Origin: Clostridia bacterium
GTDB taxonomy: Bacteria > Bacillota > Clostridia > Christensenellales > QALW01
DNA: 60,709 nucleotides
Direction of reading: 5' to 3'
NCBI GenBank assembly: GCA_045630945.1
Contig: JAZQTV010000015.1
Span: 1 to 60,709 of the forward strand
Below are positions 55,820-60,709 of this stretch, piece by piece. The first letter of the stretch is position 1; every line of letters starts with the position of its first letter. The position numbers and the translations under genes are program-made. Under the pieces are notes generated by a model. That model had not been told where the DNA came from. It made no database searches and saw nothing but the letters and a program-made list of their open reading frames with translations.

Positions 55820-58324
55820 TCAATCAAATATATATACATGAGAATTAGCATTCACTTTAAACTTTCCATGTTTTAATGGGTTGGGTATAAGTGTTTCAAA
55901 ATTAAAATGCGGGGCACCTGCATGATTGTTAATTGGCGCTAAATCAGATGCTGTCATTCTAACTTGACGCAATCCGTCTGACGAAACAAATCTGCCTGGA
56001 GACATTTCGGAATAGCCCTCCCCGAGAAAGTCGTTGGCTAAATCAAGCGCATCTGACGAATTAACTTTAATCCCATCTTCAGGCAACGCTTTTTGAGTTC
56101 CACACAGATTATGAACCAAAATCGATTCTTTTCCAACATAATACGTATGGAGATCAGCAACCTCAAAATTGTAAACGGCGACTGGTATCTCGAGAATCTC
56201 GTGTTGGATTTCTTCAACAATGACGTATTCCCCATTTACAGAAACAAGGATATCACCAGCACGTAATTCACAAGCTGCTGTCCATCCTTTTACCGGAGAA
56301 TAAAACGGATGCTCGTTAGTGCAAACAATTTTTTCGCCATTAACTGTTATGGTTATAAGTTCGTTTGTCTCATTGACAAACGTTTGAACAACTTGCTTTA
56401 ATTCGGTTTCACCGGTTTCCGGATTTGTTGCCCAAACATAATCACCGGCACATATATCTTCAATATTGACAAAGCCTGTTGATGAAAGTATTACAGTTCC
56501 TGCTACAAAACAGGCATTACTATTCGCTCCTCCTGTTATTGCACCTGTTATTGCACCGGATAATGCACCGTCAGCCATACCATTCAAGGCAGCCTCACCG
56601 GCACCGTCCCAGCTCCCTGTCGTTAATCGGTGGTTTACAGCTCCGCTTACGGCGCCATTTACTGCTCCTGTTACAAAGCCAACAGCAGCTCCTTTTGCCG
56701 CACCTGCGGCAATACAAGCGATTGCAGTTCCTGTACCCGCAGTTGCAACAGCAACGACTGCTACAACCGCAACAACAGCAACGGCTGCAACAAGTTTTTT
56801 TGCCCAGTTCGGCCAGTTGCCGCTTTCATCCGTCATATTTATGGGATTATTAAAGCAATATACAAATAAGTTGTAACCGTTTACTGATTCGCCCGTGCCT
56901 GAAACAACAGTATCGCAATTTATAAACCTGCCCACATTAGCATCATAATATCTTGACTGCAGATAATACAATCCCGTTTCGGTATCAAAGTAATATCCCC
57001 GATACCTTAACGGGTTAATGTTGGCTATGTGGTTAGCGTTACCTGATACATTATTACCATTACCGTCGGTAATAGCAATATGGTTACCCCAAGAATCATA
57101 GGTATATTGTGCGACAATAGTACCACTTGAATCTATTATACCTATGATATCATTCTGACCGTTACGGAAATAGTAATATTCATTACCGTTGTAACGGAAT
57201 CCTGTAGCTAAACCGTTCTCATCGTAGGTGTACCAGATTACATTGTCGCCGGTCTTTTGCATTACAATAGTAGTGCCGTTTAAATAATAATCAGTACGAA
57301 CACCGTTAATGGTTTTGGATGTCCTGATACCGTTATCGTCATAAGCGTATGTGATACCATTGTTACCTTTTGTAACACCGCTTAACTGTCTGCCACCAGT
57401 CCAAGTAAAGCTTTCGCCATTTATCCAGTTAAGAGGATTGCCAATAGCATCATAATTGATGTTAACACCATTGTAGTTAGTCAGTAAATCACGCCAATTA
57501 GTATCACCGTAGGTGTATACCTTTTGATTGATAAGATTGCCTAACGCGCCTGTGGTATAGGCATACTCATTTACGGCAAGGATATTGCCGCCATTATCGT
57601 ATGTGTAGGTAATAGTTTTGCCTAATTCATAATTATCCTCGCGGACAAGCTGATTGAGTGCATCATAGTGATAATGCACAAGCTCATATCCTGCAGGATG
57701 TCCGATGGACGTTATATTACCGTTTGCATCATAGGCATAGTTATATGCCATACCGTTACTATATGATACGTAACTCAACTGTGTTGAAGTATTTTTGTAG
57801 TTTACATCCTTAAATCCATATGAAGTTGTAAAGGGTGTGGTTGTGTTGAGGGTTGTTGAGGTGCGTCTGCCGAGGTTATCATACTTATATGTAAGCTTTT
57901 CTGTACCGTTATAGCTTACACCGTAGATAACGCCATTTTTTTGTGAAAGGTCAAACGAATCCGTCTCACCGTAGCGCCACTCGGTTGTAAGGGTATCAGA
58001 GCCAAAGCCGAACTTAACGTCGCTTGCTCTGTTAAACTCATCATAAGTGATTTTAATTACAAAACCTTGAGAGGTACGAACTTGTACAGGTCTGCCTACA
58101 AAATCGTATAAATATTTGTATGTAATATCTTGTACCAAATCAGTAGCCGAATGTATGTTTCCACGGCTATCGTAAACATATGAAAATTTGTCAATACCGT
58201 CAATGGTGAGCTTTATTACACGCTGTTGGTCATCGTAGGTGTATTTGCGTGTATCACCGTTACCATAGGTTGCGGTGTCAAGCAGACCTGTTACCTCATC
58301 GTACAGGTTTGTAATAAGTGTATT
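55820..58324 (-). CDS. Orphan Rhs/YD-repeat C-terminal cassette: YD repeats + Rhs core end + Gly/Ala-rich pre-toxin region + Hint domain + 95-aa unknown toxin tip
   Basis: My manual translation shows the frame open from 58324, just after a TGA at 58325-58327. There is no ATG; the only in-frame start is the TTG at 58138 used by the track. YD repeats are YTYDxxGN-like. The core end is YYLQSRYYDANVGRF...NNPINMTDESGNW. The Gly/Ala-rich region is aa 441-542 of the 772-aa track protein (numbered from the TTG at 58138). The Hint domain CFVAGT...ILVHN spans nt 56108-56512 and the toxin tip nt 55823-56107. Confidence 0.8.
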   Translation of the reverse strand, partial: NTLITNLYDEVTGLLDTATYGNGDTRKYTYDDQQRVIKLTIDGIDKFSYVYDSRGNIHSATDLVQDITYKYLYDFVGRPVQVRTSQGFVIKITYDEFNRASDVKFGFGSDTLTTEWRYGETDSFDLSQKNGVIYGVSYNGTEKLTYKYDNLGRRTSTTLNTTTPFTTSYGFKDVNYKNTSTQLSYVSYSNGMAYNYAYDANGNITSIGHPAGYELVHYHYDALNQLVREDNYELGKTITYTYDNGGNILAVNEYAYTTGALGNLINQKVYTYGDTNWRDLLTNYNGVNINYDAIGNPLNWINGESFTWTGGRQLSGVTKGNNGITYAYDDNGIRTSKTINGVRTDYYLNGTTIVMQKTGDNVIWYTYDENGLATGFRYNGNEYYYFRNGQNDIIGIIDSSGTIVAQYTYDSWGNHIAITDGNGNNVSGNANHIANINPLRYRGYYFDTETGLYYLQSRYYDANVGRFINCDTVVSGTGESVNGYNLFVYCFNNPINMTDESGNWPNWAKKLVAAVAVVAVVAVVAVATAGTGTAIACIAAGAAKGAAVGFVTGAVNGAVSGAVNHRLTTGSWDGAGEAALNGMADGALSGAITGAITGGANSNACFVAGTVILSSTGFVNIEDICAGDYVWATNPETGETELKQVVQTFVNETNELITITVNGEKIVCTNEHPFYSPVKGWTAACELRAGDILVSVNGEYVIVEEIQHEILEIPVAVYNFEVADLHTYYVGKESILVHNLCGTQKALPEDGIKVNSSDALDLANDFLGEGYSEMSPGRFVSSDGLRQVRMTASDLAPINNHAGAPHFNFETLIPNPLKHGKFKVNANSHVYIFD
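56941..58118 (-). repeat. Direct repeat copy A (orphan Rhs YD-repeat region)
   Basis: It aligns without indels to 59532-60709 at a constant offset of 2591 nt. By eye the copies are highly similar, with identical runs such as 57468-57514 = 60059-60105. Similarity stops at the YYD codons, where the toxin-proximal parts diverge. Confidence 0.85.
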
Positions 58325-58352
58325 TCAAGGAGACGGGCAAACCATTGCCGTG

Positions 58353-58880
58353 TCACCTATCATTTTCTTGCTCTTTTTCAGAAGCCTTCTTGGAACGATA
58401 TTTCTTTGGAACAAACACCCGATATAATAAATCTTCAATAAACCGAATTATAGGATTGCGAGAACGATAATGTGTGTTCATCATAATATTAGCGGTTATA
58501 AACATACAAAATAAACAAACCATACTAATACAGTATATTACTCCATGAAAGCCGCTACCCGTTATTTCACACTTTATTACATATACATTCAGAAATATCA
58601 CGCTACATATTGCACTCACAAGGTTAATTATAAAAATAACGTAATGCCATTTTTTAACTAAGTGCCTCATATCCCAAAACAACAGTTTTTTAATAAATCC
58701 TGCTTTTTTTCTGATTTTCCATAGTTCTTTCTTTGCACGTTTTCCATAAGCTAATTCAGTATCCTTTGCAAACATCTCGCCAGCATTGAATAAACAAAAA
58801 AATATTATAAGTACCACTATGCTCATTGCGCTTACAAGTAAGCATTGAAAGAATATACTGATAAATTTACTTAAAAACAT
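58353..58880 (-). CDS. Polytopic membrane immunity protein (175 aa) for the main Rhs toxin
   Basis: About four TM helices. AAGAGG RBS. The ATG overlaps the last 14 nt of the Rhs gene. GC content is very low. Confidence 0.65.
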   Translation of the reverse strand: MFLSKFISIFFQCLLVSAMSIVVLIIFFCLFNAGEMFAKDTELAYGKRAKKELWKIRKKAGFIKKLLFWDMRHLVKKWHYVIFIINLVSAICSVIFLNVYVIKCEITGSGFHGVIYCISMVCLFCMFITANIMMNTHYRSRNPIIRFIEDLLYRVFVPKKYRSKKASEKEQENDR

Positions 58881-60709
58881 TTCTAAACCTCTTGTATAAC
58901 GCTTTTGAGACGCTTACTGCACCCGATTGTACTCCTGATATAAACATAGGCTTAATAAGATATTTTTTATACGCAAATTTTGTTTGAGAAACGTAATATT
59001 TAACACCTTTTTGTATTATCTTTTTTGATCCTGTAGCTATTTTCTTGGTTAAGCGGCTATTTAATGTTTTTATGTTTACATACTTGCCCATTCCTTTGTC
59101 GTTACCGGTAATGGCGCCAACTGCGCCGTCAAAAAGCATATCACCTACATCGAAATTATCAAAACCCTTGTTACTTATCACTTGGTTTGCGGCATTACTT
59201 ACCATAGAAATCGCAGAATTCGCTATCATAGAAACACCGGCACCAACGCCTGAAGCAGCAAGCGCGCCACTTGCCATACCACCAACCACGGCTACACCGA
59301 GACCTTCAGACCAAGTTTTTCCCTCTGCCAAATTGCTAGCAACTTGGGTGATACCGGAAACTATACCGCCCAAAATAGCGCCAACGGCTATATGCCAAAA
59401 CTCTCCGTCACTATCAACTCTCGTAATGGGATTGTTATCACAATATGTAAACAAATTTTTGTCGGTTAATTCAGTGGGTGTTGCAATTAAAGCGTTTTCA
59501 TTATCAGGATTAAGTATTCTACGTGCTTCAGTATCATAATACCTTGATTGTAGATAATATAATCCTGTCTCGGTATCGAAGTAATAACCCCTATATCTTA
59601 ACGGATTTATGTTGGCTATGTGATTGGGATTAGAAGCAACGTTGTTGCCGTTACCGTCGGTAATAGCAATATGCTTACCCCAAGAATCATAAGTATATTG
59701 TGCAACAGTTGTACCGCTTGAGTTTATAATACCAATGATATCATTCTGACCGTTGCGGAAATAATAATATTCATTACCATTATATCTGAAGCCTGTTGCT
59801 AAACCGTTTTCATCATAGGTGTACCAGATTACGTTATCTCCGGTCTTTTGCATTATAACGGTAGTGCCATTGAGATAATAATCTGTCCTTATGCCGTTAA
59901 CTGTCTTACTTGTCCTGATACCATTATCATCATAAGCATAGCTAATGGTATTATTGCCTTTTGATACGCCTGTAAGCTGACGACCACCTGACCAAGTGAA
60001 TGATTCACCGTTTATCCAATTAGTTGGATTACCGACAGCATCATAATTGATGTTAACGCCATTGTAGTTAGTCAGTAAATCACGCCAATTAGTATCACCG
60101 TAGGTATACACTTTTTGACTAACAATGTTACCGAGTGCACCCGTTGTATAGGCATACTCATTTACGGCAAGTATATTGCCGCCATTATCATAAGTGTATG
60201 TAATAGTCTTATTTAATTGTGCATTATCCTCTCTTGTTAACTGATTAAGTTCATCGTAGTAATACTTAACAATATCATAGCCTGCAGGGTCTATAATGTT
60301 TGTAATGTTACCGTTTACATCATAGGCATAGTTATATGCCATACCGTTGCTATATGATACGTAACTTAACTGTGTTGAGGTGTTTTTATAATTGAGGTCT
60401 TTAAAGCCGTAGCTTGTAACAAACGGAGTTGTTGTATTGAGGGTTGTTGAGGTGCGTCTGCCTAAATTATCATACTTGTAGGTAAGCTTCTCTGTACCAT
60501 TGTAACCAACACCGTAGATAACACCGTTTTTCTGCGAAAGATCAAAGGAATCGGTTTCACCATAGCGCCATTCGGTAGTAAGGGTATCTGAACTAAAGCC
60601 GAACTTAACGTCACTTGCTCTGTTGTACTCATCATAGGTTATCTTTATAACAAAACCCTGTGATGTACGTACTTGTACAGGTCTGCCTACGAAATCGTAT
60701 AAATATTTG
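58867..60709 (-). CDS. Rhs/WapA-type YD-repeat polymorphic toxin, C-terminal part (N-terminus beyond the right edge)
   Basis: By my translation the frame stays open upstream of the track ATG at 60342 (…QLSYVSYSNGMAYNY), at least to about 60372, and the in-frame, indel-free nucleotide homology to the open orphan frame suggests it continues to the window edge. YD repeats, then the core end YYLQSRYYDTEARRILNPD...NNPITRVDSDGEFW. The 178-aa C-terminal region (nt 58870-59403) is a Gly/Ala/Ser-rich hydrophobic segment plus a Lys-rich tail. Confidence 0.85.
   Translation of the reverse strand, partial: KYLYDFVGRPVQVRTSQGFVIKITYDEYNRASDVKFGFSSDTLTTEWRYGETDSFDLSQKNGVIYGVGYNGTEKLTYKYDNLGRRTSTTLNTTTPFVTSYGFKDLNYKNTSTQLSYVSYSNGMAYNYAYDVNGNITNIIDPAGYDIVKYYYDELNQLTREDNAQLNKTITYTYDNGGNILAVNEYAYTTGALGNIVSQKVYTYGDTNWRDLLTNYNGVNINYDAVGNPTNWINGESFTWSGGRQLTGVSKGNNTISYAYDDNGIRTSKTVNGIRTDYYLNGTTVIMQKTGDNVIWYTYDENGLATGFRYNGNEYYYFRNGQNDIIGIINSSGTTVAQYTYDSWGKHIAITDGNGNNVASNPNHIANINPLRYRGYYFDTETGLYYLQSRYYDTEARRILNPDNENALIATPTELTDKNLFTYCDNNPITRVDSDGEFWHIAVGAILGGIVSGITQVASNLAEGKTWSEGLGVAVVGGMASGALAASGVGAGVSMIANSAISMVSNAANQVISNKGFDNFDVGDMLFDGAVGAITGNDKGMGKYVNIKTLNSRLTKKIATGSKKIIQKGVKYYVSQTKFAYKKYLIKPMFISGVQSGAVSVSKALYKRFRNVFK
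59532..60709 (-). repeat. Direct repeat copy B (main Rhs gene), truncated by the window edge
   Basis: Partner of 56941-58118. Encoded proteins are near-identical (for example NGGNILAVNEYAYTTGALGN and DNVIWYTYDENGLATGFRYNGNEYYYFRNGQNDIIGII in both). Confidence 0.85.

Larger units (their letters stand above)
49040..60709. other. Low-GC accessory (conflict/defence) island, right end beyond the window
   Basis: There is an abrupt composition change. My spot counts were 29/60 GC at 11001-11060, 13/60 at 51001-51060 and 25/60 at 57301-57360 in the Rhs repeats. All genes are on the minus strand and are toxin, immunity, antitoxin or ATPase types with private promoters and terminators. No integrase or tRNA is visible in the window. 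Confidence 0.7.

Noticed and set aside
56466-56876. Three plus-strand ORFs (136, 124 and 79 aa) and an apparent short-period nucleotide repeat (GCAACAGCAACGACTGCTACAACC...)
   Set aside because: They are antisense or alternative frames of the Ala/Val/Gly-rich pre-toxin segment of the orphan Rhs. The periodicity comes from repeated GTT/GCT/GCA codons. It is not a CRISPR array or a tandem-repeat element.
59045-59539. 164-aa plus-strand ORF
   Set aside because: It is antisense to the Gly/Ala-rich C-terminal region of the main Rhs gene and is a low-complexity shadow ORF.
1-60709. Scan for rRNA, tRNA, CRISPR arrays, IS elements or transposases, and integrases
   Set aside because: I found no cloverleaf-like or rRNA-like segments, no regularly spaced direct repeats, and no transposase or integrase-like ORFs in any frame of the ORF track. 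The scan was by eye and is therefore not exhaustive.

Overview
This looks like a 60.7-kb chromosomal segment from a Firmicutes/Clostridia-type genome; the taxon is inferred only from gene content, AGGAGG-type ribosome-binding sites and TTGACA-17-TATAAT promoters. Positions 1 to about 49,035 are ordinary, tightly packed housekeeping DNA. Genes there include rplC/rpsJ, serC-serA, a uvrB-uvrA operon, polA-coaE, rnhB, rbgA, two U32-family genes, an amino-acid ABC transporter, a Fur/PerR-type repressor with rubrerythrin, mntP, a DD-carboxypeptidase, cls, ispE-lgt-pncB and nrdD. One 1604-aa fused glycosyltransferase stands out in this part. After the terminator at 49,001-49,034 the composition drops sharply: my spot counts of single 60-nt lines gave about 48% GC in uvrA and about 22% GC at 51.0 kb. 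From there the window becomes an all-minus-strand conflict island. Read in the direction of transcription it contains: (1) a WapA/Rhs-type YD-repeat toxin (5' end off-window) with a 4-TM immunity gene; (2) an orphan Rhs C-terminal cassette carrying a Hint domain, a different toxin tip and its own small immunity gene; (3) a Panacea (DUF4065) antitoxin paired with an unrecognised coiled-coil/3-TM protein, downstream of a strong promoter and three palindromes; (4) a self-contained cassette of a small 4-TM protein plus a 741-aa coiled-coil AAA_13/RloC-like ABC ATPase with a degenerate Walker A and an extra C-terminal domain; (5) a ribbon-helix-helix protein and a tiny membrane protein. Items 3 and 4 are my best candidates for an undescribed toxin/defence system. 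I saw no rRNA, tRNA, CRISPR array, transposase or integrase. All calls rest on reading translations and motifs by eye; no searches were run.
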